Origin: Malassezia furfur
Lineage: Eukaryota
Direction: 5' to 3' (one strand)
DNA: 42,338 bases
NCBI GenBank assembly: GCA_052055015.1
Contig: JBQJIT010000001.1
Shown: piece after piece, positions 1 to 9,255 of the stretch
Layout of the letters: each line of letters begins with the position of its first letter
Position numbering within the stretch: position 1 is the stretch's first letter
Translations under genes and position numbers: made by a program
The notes under the pieces: model-generated
Databases searched by the model: none
Told to the model about the DNA's origin: nothing
The model's input: only the letters and a program-made list of their open reading frames with translations

Positions 1-171
1 GTGCTCCTCTTCGATGCGGTAACGCTGCTCATAGTAGGACACGTAACTATCGCTCTCAGCCAGGAGCGTCTTGAATGTTTCGAGCAGCACGTTGGCCAGC
101 TCATTGGGTGTGATGAGTGCACCGGGCGCAGCGCCGTGCGCGCTAAAGGCCCCTTTTCCGTCGCGCTCCAT
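1..171 (-). CDS. 5' end of a probable F-BAR/FCH-domain protein (runs off the left edge)
   Basis: ATG at 171-169 opens a stop-free frame to base 1: [68 protein letters not shown] resembles the FCH 'R..IEeeY' motif. Divergent from the cyclophilin. Absent from the ORF track because it has no stop in the window. Confidence 0.5.
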   Translation of the reverse strand, partial: MERDGKGAFSAHGAAPGALITPNELANVLLETFKTLLAESDSYVSYYEQRYRIEEEH

Positions 172-308
172 GGTCGACAGCACCGTCACCGGGTCCGTCC
201 ACACCCCAACGCTCACGCGCTCGTCGTTGGCGTGGTCGAAAGGCGCCACCCCCACGCTCGGCCGAAAAAGGGCGCCCCGCGCGCTCACCGCCCGTTCCCC
301 CGGAAACC

Positions 309-957
309 ATGTGGATGAACGTAGGTCGTGTGCTGAGCCTGCTCGCGCTCGTGTGTGCTACGGCGTCGCTCGCGCTGTCGCACAAGGACGCGAAGGTCAC
401 CAACTACGTCTACTTTGATATCGAGCAGGGCGAAAAGACGCTCGGTCGCGTGACGCTCGGTCTCTACGGCGAGACGGCACCCAGGACCGTCGAGAACTTC
501 GTGGCGCTGGCCCAGCGCGGCGAAGGCCGTGGCTACGCCGGCAGCAAGTTCCACCGCGTCATCAAAAACTTCATGATCCAGGGCGGAGACTACACGCGCG
601 GCGACGGCCGCGGCGGTCTGTCGATCTGGGGCAAGAGCTTCCCGGACGAGACGTTTGCGTTGACCCACGAGGGCCCCGGCATCCTCAGCATGGTACGTCC
701 CCTACGCCACGCTCACACAGGCAAACGCCGGCCCGGACTCGAACGGCTCCCAGTTCTTCATCACCACGGTCAAGACGCCGTGGCTCGACGGGCGCCACGT
801 GGTCTTCGGCCGCGTCGTGGACGGCATGGACGTCGTCAAGGCCATCGAGTCCACCAAGACCTCCTCGGGCGACCGCCCGGTCGAGGACGTGGTCATCGCC
901 GACTCGGGCATCCTTACCGATGTCGAGGCGGGCACGCCGTCCAAGGATGAGCTCTAA
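309..957 (+). CDS. CPR5: ER cyclophilin B-type peptidyl-prolyl isomerase
   Basis: Signal peptide, [15 protein letters not shown] 28-nt intron at 693-720 restores [32 protein letters not shown]. Ends KDEL-stop. Start could be ATG 315. Confidence 0.93.
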
Positions 958-964
958 GTAGCGA

Positions 965-2593
965 CTACATACGCGCGCCGCCCTTGAACCAGCCCATCAT
1001 TGCCGGCTTCGTCTCGTTCCATAGGTGCTTGGTCTCGACATACTCGTCCAGGCCCTTGCTCCCGAGCTCGCGCCCGTTGCCCGACAGGCCGAAACCGCCC
1101 CACTCCGCCTGCGGCGTGTAGGCACCGTACGTGTTGACCCACACCGTGCCATGGCGCAGGCGCCGCGCGACGCGCTCTGCACGCGCCGTGTCCTTGCTCT
1201 GGACGCCGCCTGCAAGGCCATATTGCGTGTCGTTGGCAAGACGCACCGCCTCGTCCTCGTCGCCATCCTTGAAGCGCTCCACGGTCAGGATCGGGCCAAA
1301 GGTCTCCTCTTGCACGATCCGCATCGACCCGTTGCAGCGGTCCACGACGGTGGGCAGGAAGAAGTAGCCCTTGGAGAGCTCCGGGTGCTCCTTGGCATCG
1401 GGGCGGCAGCCGCCACACAGCACCTGGCCGCCCTCCTCGCGCGCGAGCTTCACGTAGCCCTCGACCTTGGCGAGGTGCTCTGCCGAGACCAGCGGGCCCG
1501 TCTCGCTCTCAGGATCCAGACCGCTGCCCATGCGAATCTGCTTGGCACGCTCCACGACGCCGGCGATGAGGCGGTCCGCAATCGAATCCTCGACAATGAG
1601 GCGCGCGCCCGACGAGCACACCTGGCCCGAGTGCGTAAACACGGCCGTGAGCACGTTGTCGATGGCCAAATCGAGGTCGCAGTCGGCAAACACCACGTTG
1701 GGGTTCTTGCCACCGAGCTCGACCGTGCACCGCTTGATCGTCTCGGCGCAGCTGCGGATGATGTTGCGGCCGGTCGACAGGCCGCCGGTGAAGGACACCA
1801 GGTCGACGTCCTTCGACTCGGTGAGCGTCGGTCCAACCGACGCGCCGGACGCCGTCAAGAGCTGCACGCTCTTCGACGGGAAGCCGGCCTCAAGCAGCAG
1901 CTTGACCAGGTAGATGGTGGAGAGCGGCGTGACCTCCGAAGGCTTCACAATCACCGCATTGCCCGTCGCCAGCGCGGGCGCAAGCTTCCAGCACAGCTGC
2001 AGGATCGGGTAGTTCCAAGGCGTGATCAGCACACACACGCCGACCGGCTCGTGCACCACCGTACTGCGCACCGTCTCGGGGATGAGTTCGCCAGTGACCT
2101 GCTTGTCTTGGTCGAGCTTGCAGGCCTCCTGTGCATAGAAGCGGAACACATTGGTGACGTCGTCGATGTCAATCTCACTCTCTTTCAACGTCTTTCCCGT
2201 GTCAAGTGTCTCAATCTGCGCGAGCTTGGGCTTGTGTTCCTGCAGGAGGTCGGCGTAGCGGCTCAGCAGCGCACAGCGCTGCTTGCACGACTGGCGCGGC
2301 CAGTCGGACGTGTCGAAAAACTTACGGGCAGACGCAATTGCACGCTCCGCCTCTTCCGGACCGGCCTCGTCGACCTCAGTGAGGACCTGCGCGTCGTACG
2401 GGTTAATCGTTGGACGCGTCTTGCCACTGCGGGCCGACGTCCATTCGCCGTCAATGAACAACGTGGGACGTTGAGGGATATCGACAGCCATTTTCACACT
2501 CGAAAATTGCCGCACTGTATAAGAACTCGGTCCTTGCAAGGCAGCCGATGCACACGACGCCCGCCACACACGCAGCAGCCCGGATCGCAGCAT
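965..2593 (-). CDS. Betaine-aldehyde dehydrogenase-like ALDH (GbsA type), intronless
   Basis: ITPWNYP, KPSEVTPLS, SFTGG, ELGGKNP, SGQVCSSGAR (catalytic Cys), QEETFGP. First ATG at 2593 gives a leader-like N-terminus; second in-frame ATG at 2491; C-terminus ARM. Confidence 0.92.
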   Translation of the reverse strand: MLRSGLLRVWRASCASAALQGPSSYTVRQFSSVKMAVDIPQRPTLFIDGEWTSARSGKTRPTINPYDAQVLTEVDEAGPEEAERAIASARKFFDTSDWPRQSCKQRCALLSRYADLLQEHKPKLAQIETLDTGKTLKESEIDIDDVTNVFRFYAQEACKLDQDKQVTGELIPETVRSTVVHEPVGVCVLITPWNYPILQLCWKLAPALATGNAVIVKPSEVTPLSTIYLVKLLLEAGFPSKSVQLLTASGASVGPTLTESKDVDLVSFTGGLSTGRNIIRSCAETIKRCTVELGGKNPNVVFADCDLDLAIDNVLTAVFTHSGQVCSSGARLIVEDSIADRLIAGVVERAKQIRMGSGLDPESETGPLVSAEHLAKVEGYVKLAREEGGQVLCGGCRPDAKEHPELSKGYFFLPTVVDRCNGSMRIVQEETFGPILTVERFKDGDEDEAVRLANDTQYGLAGGVQSKDTARAERVARRLRHGTVWVNTYGAYTPQAEWGGFGLSGNGRELGSKGLDEYVETKHLWNETKPAMMGWFKGGARM

Positions 2594-2648
2594 CGCCGCC
2601 CACGCTACGCACCTGGTGGAGTGGGAGGACGCCGGCGCACCGACACGG

Positions 2649-2656
2649 CACGTGAC
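2649..2656. promoter_or_regulatory. CACGTGAC E-box (Cbf1/bHLH-type) in the 85-nt ALDH/MRPL22 divergent promoter
   Basis: Exact motif between the divergent ATGs at 2593 and 2679; the CACGTG core recurs in seven other promoters here. Confidence 0.55.
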
Positions 2657-2678
2657 ATCTTTCCGACGTTCTTCCGTG

Positions 2679-3524
2679 ATGCTTCTCCGGCCGGTGTGGG
2701 CGTCGCTGCGGGTACCGCGCGTGGTGCCGCGCGTGGGCATGCGTGCTTTCGCGACCAGCACGCCGCGCACCAGCTTCTGGGACACTGTTTTGCCGCTCAT
2801 TCAGGGCAACCGCCGCGAGCGCAAACTCCAGCGCCAGCAGGGCGGCCTCCTTCCCGAGGACTACGAACGCGTGCAGCGCGACCAGCGCCGCGACGAAATG
2901 ATGGCTGCACAGTCATCTACGGGTGATGCACTCGTCGATGATGTGCTCAGCTCGCCTCACGCACGTTCTGACGAGGTCGAGGCGCGTCGCACCGAGGCCA
3001 AGCGCACCAAGCGCCTACTGCGCAAGCGTTGGGGTGGCCTTGACGAGAATGGCGTTGAAAAGCAGGAGCACAAGTACAGCACGGCTGTGTTCCGCATCTC
3101 GCCGCGCAAACTTAACCTCCTCGCGAACCAAATTATCGGGAAACCGATCGACTTTGCCATTGTGCAGATGCAGTTCAGCGCGAAGCGTGCCGCGCGCCGC
3201 GTACGTGCGACGCTCGTCATGGCGCGCGACCACGCCATTGCCAAGGGCATGGACCCGACCAAGCTGCTGGTGTCGGAGGCATGGGTCACCAAGGGCACCT
3301 ATTTCGCGCGCCTTGAGATCAAGGGCCGCGCGCGTCACGGCATCATGCACCATCCGCAGGCCAAGCTGAACGTGGTGCTGCGTCCGGGCAAGACGTGGGA
3401 GGAGCGCGAGGAGGCCGCACTCGATCTTGCACGCCGCCGCATGCGCCGCCTCGGCAGCGGCGGCGTCACACGGACCAACCGCAAAATCGTGAACGGATTC
3501 CAACGCCCTGGATGGGCATGGTAG
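2679..3524 (+). CDS. MRPL22: Mitochondrial ribosomal protein uL22m
   Basis: Arg-rich leader; FRISPRKLNLLANQIIGKPIDFAIVQMQFSAKR and AWVTKG...IKGRARHG are L22 motifs. Confidence 0.9.
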   Translation: MLLRPVWASLRVPRVVPRVGMRAFATSTPRTSFWDTVLPLIQGNRRERKLQRQQGGLLPEDYERVQRDQRRDEMMAAQSSTGDALVDDVLSSPHARSDEVEARRTEAKRTKRLLRKRWGGLDENGVEKQEHKYSTAVFRISPRKLNLLANQIIGKPIDFAIVQMQFSAKRAARRVRATLVMARDHAIAKGMDPTKLLVSEAWVTKGTYFARLEIKGRARHGIMHHPQAKLNVVLRPGKTWEEREEAALDLARRRMRRLGSGGVTRTNRKIVNGFQRPGWAW

Positions 3525-3564
3525 ATAAACATACCCCGTGCATAGTATGTGAGTGCATGCTAGT

Positions 3565-4251
3565 CTACGTCTCCAGCCCACGCTGCTGCCGCCATGCGTG
3601 GATCCATTGGACGACGCGCTCGACGTTCGATTCCATCTCATCCGCATTTTCGCTCGTGAGCGTCACGATGCACTCAGGCGCGTATGACTCGCGCGCATCT
3701 TCGGCCACGACGCCCATGATCTCTGCCTCGTTGTTTTCGGCAATCTTCTTCTCGGCATACTGGCTGCAACGTTAGTGTACATTACGCACCGTTTCTCCAA
3801 GCGCTTCCACAGCAGTTGGTGGTCGCAGCGCAGCACAATCACCAGATCTGCCCATCGCTCCGGCCACGCGTCACACGTGTGCCAGTCGAGCAGGAGGCCA
3901 CCACGCGTCTCATTGTCGTCTCTCACCTGCCGTGCGTCCTCGCACGCATCCGGGTCGACATCCTGAGGATCGGGCGCCGAACCGCCCGAAAGTGGCTCCA
4001 AATAATCTAGCAGCTGGTCTTCGTCCACCTCGTACGTCTCCCACTCGGGGTCGTACGACTTGTGAAAGCCGTGCTTCTTGATGAGTGTGCCCACATCAAT
4101 GTGCCGGAGGGGTCGCGACCCAGTGGGGCCCGTGAACGCCTCGCAGATCTGCTGTGCCAGAGTCGTTTTCCCGGTCCCGGGTGTGCCTGTGACAACAATG
4201 TTGGGGTAGCTGGCTTGTCAGTCCACGCTGCAGCACCTACGACCGAACCAT
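3565..4251 (-). CDS. FAP7: Adenylate kinase 6 / Fap7
   Basis: Spliced MVRSYPNIVVTGTPGTGKT (P-loop), LLLDWH, KRQYAEKKIAENNEAEIM. Introns 4210-4240 (31 nt) and 3764-3789 (26 nt). Confidence 0.9.
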
Positions 4252-4338
4252 GATGCAGGAAAATGCACCGTGCTCTCTCCACATGCACCCAATGGGGAAT
4301 TAAGTGCACGGCCCGGCGGTTGCACCACAACAGCGATC

Positions 4339-5742
4339 ATGGACGAGAAGTACGGTACGTGCGCGCACCGCTGACCCCCAGACGCCGTCATTCTTGGCAC
4401 AGGTGTTACGGAGTGTGTTCTCTCTGCGCTTCTGTCCGTCGACGGCAAAAAGGTTCTGCACATCGACCGTAATGACTACTACGGTGCAGAGTGTGCGTCG
4501 CTTTCCCTGTCGCAGCTGTACAACAAGTTCCGCCCGGGTCAGCCGGTGCCCACGGACATGGGCCGCGACCGTGACTATGCGATCGACATGATCCCAAAGT
4601 TCATGATGGCGAACGGCGAGATTGTCAACATGCTCGTCCATACGGATGTGACGCGCTATCTGGAGTTTAAGCAGATTGCGGCCAGCTATGTGTACCGTGA
4701 CAAGCGCATCGCAAAGGTGCCCAGCACAGAGATGGAGGCTGTGCGGTCGCCGCTTATGGGCCTATTTGAGAAGCGCCGCGCGAAGCGCTTCTTCGAGTTC
4801 CTGCAGAACTGGCGCGACAACGACCCCAAGACGCATCAGGGTGTGGATCTCGACTCGTGGCCCATGGAGAAGGTGTTTGCACAGTTTGGCCTGGAGCCGG
4901 GTACGCGTGACTTTATCGGCCACGCCATGGCGCTGCATCTCGATGACGGCTACCTGCAGCGCCCGGCTCGTGAGACGTATGAGCGCATTTTGCTGTACAT
5001 GTCCTCCATGGCACGCTACGGCAAGTCGCCCTATATTTACCCGCTGTATGGGTTGGGTGAGCTGCCCCAGGGCTTTGCACGTCTCTCTGCGATCTACGGC
5101 GGGACGTACATGCTTGACAAGCCCGTGGACGAGATTGTAGTCGACGAGCAGGGCAAGTTTGTCGGTGTGCGTTCCGGCGACGAGACCGTCAAGGCTGACA
5201 TGGTGGTGGGCGACCCCAGCTATTTCCGCACGAATGCGGGCAAGTCGCGCGTACGCGAGACCGAGAAGGTCGTGCGTGCGATCTGCATCCTGAAGCACCC
5301 CATCCCGAACACGGACAACTCGGACTCGGTCCAGCTGATTATTCCCCAGAACCAAGTGGGGCGCAAGCACGGTACGTGGCGATCACACTGACCAAAAGAC
5401 ATCTACATTGCCGAGGTGTCTTCGACGCACAACGTGTGCCCCAAAGACATTTACGTGGTGCAGGTCTCGACCGTGGTGGAGACCGACAAGCCAGAGTTGG
5501 AGCTGCGGCCGGGTCTGGACTTGCTAGGCCCGATCCACGACAAGTTTGTCACGATCACCACGCTCGAGGAGCCGGTCGATTCGGGCAAGGAGGACAATGT
5601 GTTTATTACGCGTTCCTACGACCCCACATCGCACTTTGAAACGGTGGTGGAGGACATCCACGATGTCTGGCGTCGCATTACCGGCCAGCCATTGGTGCTT
5701 AAAAAGCGCGAAGAATCTGAGGGTGCTCAAGTGCAGGCGTAG
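4339..5742 (+). CDS. GDI1: Rab GDP-dissociation inhibitor
   Basis: MDEKYDAVILGTGVTECVLS...HIDRNDYYG and SPYIYPLYGLGELPQGFARLSAIYGGTYML. Introns 4355-4381 and 5372-5398 (27 nt each). Confidence 0.96.
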
Positions 5743-5797
5743 CCTGTTTGGTTAAGTGACGCACCTGTCGAACGAGAGCTCGCTTCAATGGGTTGGT

Positions 5798-5956
5798 CCA
5801 ATCGTCCTGCATGCTCGCTAATGCCTGGAATCGAGATGCCGAATGCGAGAGCTGTCGCATGTGATTCGATAGATTCAAACCAATCGTGTATCCGAATACC
5901 TATTTCGGGGACGCTCCCACAGCCATATCCAATCAAATTCTGATTACGTACATTGG
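5798..5956. promoter_or_regulatory. Cluster of four CCAAT boxes in the longest intergenic region
   Basis: CCAAT at 5798, 5880, 5929 and ATTGG at 5952, upstream of the ATG at 6291. Confidence 0.4.
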
Positions 5957-6290
5957 AGCGTGGGTGGAGCTTATGCACAAGTCGATTCCCGATTAAGCTC
6001 CCAGCGGCGTCGCCAACAGGCACCGGTGGTCCGGTGTGGCCAAGCGAGAGTGTGCAGCCGCGTCGCTCGACAGCCCGAAACCACTTCCATCTTTCCAGAA
6101 TTGCGGCTTCTTTGAAGAAGGACAGCTGCTTTTGAAGGCCGCGCAGCTCGTCACTTAATCTACCGAGACCTACCGCACGAGTCAGACACGGGAGCTACCC
6201 GCTCAGTGTCACACCAACTACTCGGCCCACGGTCTTTCTCACCCCTCTTACCTGCACCTCTCACTGCGTGTCACTGGACCTTTGTTAATC

Positions 6291-8495
6291 ATGGCCGCAC
6301 CAATACAAATATCGCACGCATCCTCGAGCCATTTCCATCACCGGCAACCAGTCGAGTATATGTCACTACCCGCAGCGCTACCCGCGTTGACCGTCGCAAC
6401 CCATGCCAGTCGCGCGACACCGATGGCCGTGTCATTGTCTGGCGCGTCGCGGGCAAGCGAGCTTCTCACGCAACAGCTACAGAATATCACAGTGGGCTCT
6501 CTGCGCCTCCCGCGGCGTCCGCGCCGGACCAGCTCATCTGAGAGTGATCCGCGGCGCCTTTGCTCGACGCGGAGGTCACCGTCTCGGGAGCGGGACGACG
6601 AGGGGATATCGATGCGGCTCAAGGGCCTCCCGTGCCTTGCACAGACCAGTGCGTTCCACTCGTCGGCCAAGCTGTGTATGCAGCCCTCCCGAGATCGGTC
6701 TTTGTCCCCCGTCGAGACGAGTGTGTCTCCGGTGGACTCGTGTGCCTTTTCCCCGCCCGAGATCATGACACCGTACAGTGTTTTGTTCAATCGGTCGCAA
6801 GAGGGGAGCGGGACGGAGAGTATCACCCCTGGGTCGTCGTGGTCTTCGTGTTCCAAGTGCAGTGGCAACAGCTCCGAGCCAGGCGAGACGCACAAATCGG
6901 TCTCAATGGCACTGGAGAGGACGCTTGGGAGCAAAAGCCTTTCGACGTCGCCCGAGAACGGGTTCCTTGCGCCCAGCAGCACGCTGTTCGTTCAGCGCGC
7001 ACCGGTGAAGCGTCCGGTGTACACGCGGCGGCGGAGCAAGAGCGACGTAACTCCTCGTGCTGATGCATGGTCCCTGCTGCAAGACGATACCGCAACGATT
7101 GGTGCGACCAGCGACCGTGACTCTGCGACGGCATCGTGTGCGTCGTCGATCCACAGCAGCGCCGACGACGCCGATGTGCCATCCGCGGCAACGCCTGTGG
7201 CACCCAATACCACGAGCGAGGCCGTGGAGCGCTCGCCGAAAGGCCCTCGCGACTTCTCCGCATACGTGTCGGGGATCGGCTCGCCCATTGACCCCGACAC
7301 CGAGTTCTCGTCGGTGGCCCAACTGCAGACCTTCCGCATCCACTCGCGCAGCCGCAGCGTCGGACCGGGCGACATTCGCAGCGAGCGTCTCTCGCACCGG
7401 CGATACGCGAGCGGGTTTGATTCGTCCGCACGTGCAATGAGCACGCAGGAGCGCTCGCGTGTCTTGTCGCCGCGCCCCCCGCTACTCAACGTACGCGACA
7501 CGGAGCTGATCCCGTCGCTCTCGGCCCTCGGCGCCGCGGTGTGCAACCCCGGGTACAATCTCAAACCGCACCCCGGTGCAAACGAGTCGAGCACGCGCAC
7601 CGATGAGCATGCACCGCCGGCGTCGCCGCGTCTGTGTGCACACCCCCAGGCACCGCTGATTATGGACGGCGTGCTGCACCTCGATGCGATCCCGGATGCC
7701 TCGGTCGACGAAAACGGCTTTCGCACGGTTGTCTCGCGCGGCGCGCGGCGCCGACAGCGCCGCGATAGCCAGCGTGCCTCGCGCCGCCCCGTCGAGGACC
7801 CGGAGCCAATCCGCCCTGAGGACATTCCCGAGCCCATCGAGCGCGCGCCGCGTGAGGAAGTGGACGAGGAGGACCTCCGCGGCCGCTCACGAGGTCGTGG
7901 CCGGCGCGGGCGCTCGCGTGCGACCCAGGTGCGTGTGTCGGGCGCTGCACCGCTCGGTACGAGCAACTCAGTGCTCGCTGCACGCCCGCGGCGCTCGCGC
8001 CGCACGCGGACGTCGGGTGTGACGTACGCCGCAGCGGCGACTGCCGGGCGCGACCGCTCAAGTATGACGGCCGAGGCGGCGATGGACACCCGCGGACGCC
8101 GGGGGCCGATCAAGATCGTCAACTCGTCCGAAAGTGACGGTGGTCTGACGCCGGTCCTTCCGCCCCCCCCGCGTGTGAGTGGCAGCCCGACCCCTGAAGC
8201 TGGGGACGACGACCATGTGCCGCGCCCGCGGCTGCTAAGCAACAGCGCGCATCTGCTCATGCTCAGCTTGGAACTTGCCATGATCCGCAACCACAAGATT
8301 ACGGCGCCGCTCAAGCCGCGCTGGGGCAAGCGCCGCGATGACGATTTCCGGCCGATCCCCAACCCGCAAGCACGGGCCAAGCTGCTCCTCGCGCAAGGCT
8401 GCGTGCCGACCATGGCGCCCGAGGCGCATGCACTTGCTGCATGCCCGCCGCCGGACGAATGTGGTTCGAAACTGAAACATGTCTGGTCGCTTTAA
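6291..8495 (+). CDS. Hypothetical Ser/Arg/Pro-rich, probably disordered protein with a short ordered C-terminal motif
   Basis: About 734-codon intronless ORF filling the gap between GDI1 and the next gene; low complexity except LLSNSAHLLMLSLELAMIRNHKITAPLKPRWGKRRDDDF. Confidence 0.75.
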   Translation: MAAPIQISHASSSHFHHRQPVEYMSLPAALPALTVATHASRATPMAVSLSGASRASELLTQQLQNITVGSLRLPRRPRRTSSSESDPRRLCSTRRSPSRERDDEGISMRLKGLPCLAQTSAFHSSAKLCMQPSRDRSLSPVETSVSPVDSCAFSPPEIMTPYSVLFNRSQEGSGTESITPGSSWSSCSKCSGNSSEPGETHKSVSMALERTLGSKSLSTSPENGFLAPSSTLFVQRAPVKRPVYTRRRSKSDVTPRADAWSLLQDDTATIGATSDRDSATASCASSIHSSADDADVPSAATPVAPNTTSEAVERSPKGPRDFSAYVSGIGSPIDPDTEFSSVAQLQTFRIHSRSRSVGPGDIRSERLSHRRYASGFDSSARAMSTQERSRVLSPRPPLLNVRDTELIPSLSALGAAVCNPGYNLKPHPGANESSTRTDEHAPPASPRLCAHPQAPLIMDGVLHLDAIPDASVDENGFRTVVSRGARRRQRRDSQRASRRPVEDPEPIRPEDIPEPIERAPREEVDEEDLRGRSRGRGRRGRSRATQVRVSGAAPLGTSNSVLAARPRRSRRTRTSGVTYAAAATAGRDRSSMTAEAAMDTRGRRGPIKIVNSSESDGGLTPVLPPPPRVSGSPTPEAGDDDHVPRPRLLSNSAHLLMLSLELAMIRNHKITAPLKPRWGKRRDDDFRPIPNPQARAKLLLAQGCVPTMAPEAHALAACPPPDECGSKLKHVWSL

Positions 8496-8681
8496 TTGTG
8501 GCACCTTTGTACAACACTTTTCATGTGCTCCTACTGCGTTTTTTGTACTTTACCACCGCCAATAACTGTAGTTTACGATTAGTGTACGGAGGCTGAAATT
8601 TCCCTCGAACTCCACATTGACCCTGGGCAACCGCCCGATCCGCCCGGGCCTGGCGTCCCTCGTCTTTTCATCTGATCCACC

Positions 8682-8978
8682 ATGGTGCTGTTCCGCTCGA
8701 CGAACCTGCTTCGCACCACCCGTGCGCTCCCTCGTCTGCGTGCCTACTCTACGGAGGGCCCCAAGAAGACCATCAATGAGGCCTCGCACAATGACACAAA
8801 GAAGGCCGGCAGCAACGTTGGTCTGATTACCTTTGGCCTTTTGGGCGCTGTAATTGGCGGTGTCTACTTCTTCAGCGACGACGCGAAGTCTTCGCTCGCC
8901 GGCGGCAATGCTGCGGGCGATAAGTCGGTTATCTCCCAGCAGAAGGAGGGCAAGATGGTGTCGCCGTTCCAAAAGTAA
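8682..8978 (+). CDS. Small (98 aa) putative mitochondrial single-pass membrane protein
   Basis: ACCATGG start context, Arg-rich presequence ending RAYST, hydrophobic segment VGLITFGLLGAVIGGVYFF, coding-like codon use. Confidence 0.7.
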   Translation: MVLFRSTNLLRTTRALPRLRAYSTEGPKKTINEASHNDTKKAGSNVGLITFGLLGAVIGGVYFFSDDAKSSLAGGNAAGDKSVISQQKEGKMVSPFQK

Positions 8979-9094
8979 GGTTGGTGCCACCCAGATCAAC
9001 CACTCCTTCACTCCTCTCGCCGGGGCCAACTGGCCGGTCTGGCCCTTTCCCGATGGCCTGACCGCACAAGCCCGTCCGTAATGCCCCGCCCCGG

Positions 9095-9123
9095 ATTGGG
9101 CGCACGTCCGGTGTATAGCCAAT
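9095..9123. promoter_or_regulatory. Inverted pair of CCAAT boxes upstream of CCP1
   Basis: ATTGG at 9095-9099 and CCAAT at 9119-9123. Fungal cytochrome c peroxidase genes are known CCAAT-complex (Hap) targets. Confidence 0.4.
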
Positions 9124-9255
9124 GAAAGGATGCGTATTATGCAATCATGTGCGACGCCCGAGCACCGTGCCAAATGAAATGTGGTGCGGCTCGTTCGAGC
9201 AGCCGGCGCCGCAGGCAGGTCCGCTAGCGTGCTTCCCTCGTAACCGCCGTGTCTT

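Noticed and set aside
943..957. KDEL rather than HDEL on the cyclophilin
   Set aside because: Both ER-retention variants occur in fungi, so this is unremarkable.
1025..2926. 633-aa + strand ORF, and similar long shadow ORFs (6992-8413, 9145-10239, 20497-21447, 41119-42285)
   Set aside because: These are antisense shadows of real genes; high third-position GC suppresses stops, and they carry no recognisable motifs.
5743..6290. Possible ncRNA or tRNA in the longest intergenic region
   Set aside because: I found no cloverleaf, A/B boxes or snoRNA boxes by eye; it is better explained as a promoter and UTR. An Infernal/Rfam scan would be needed to exclude one.
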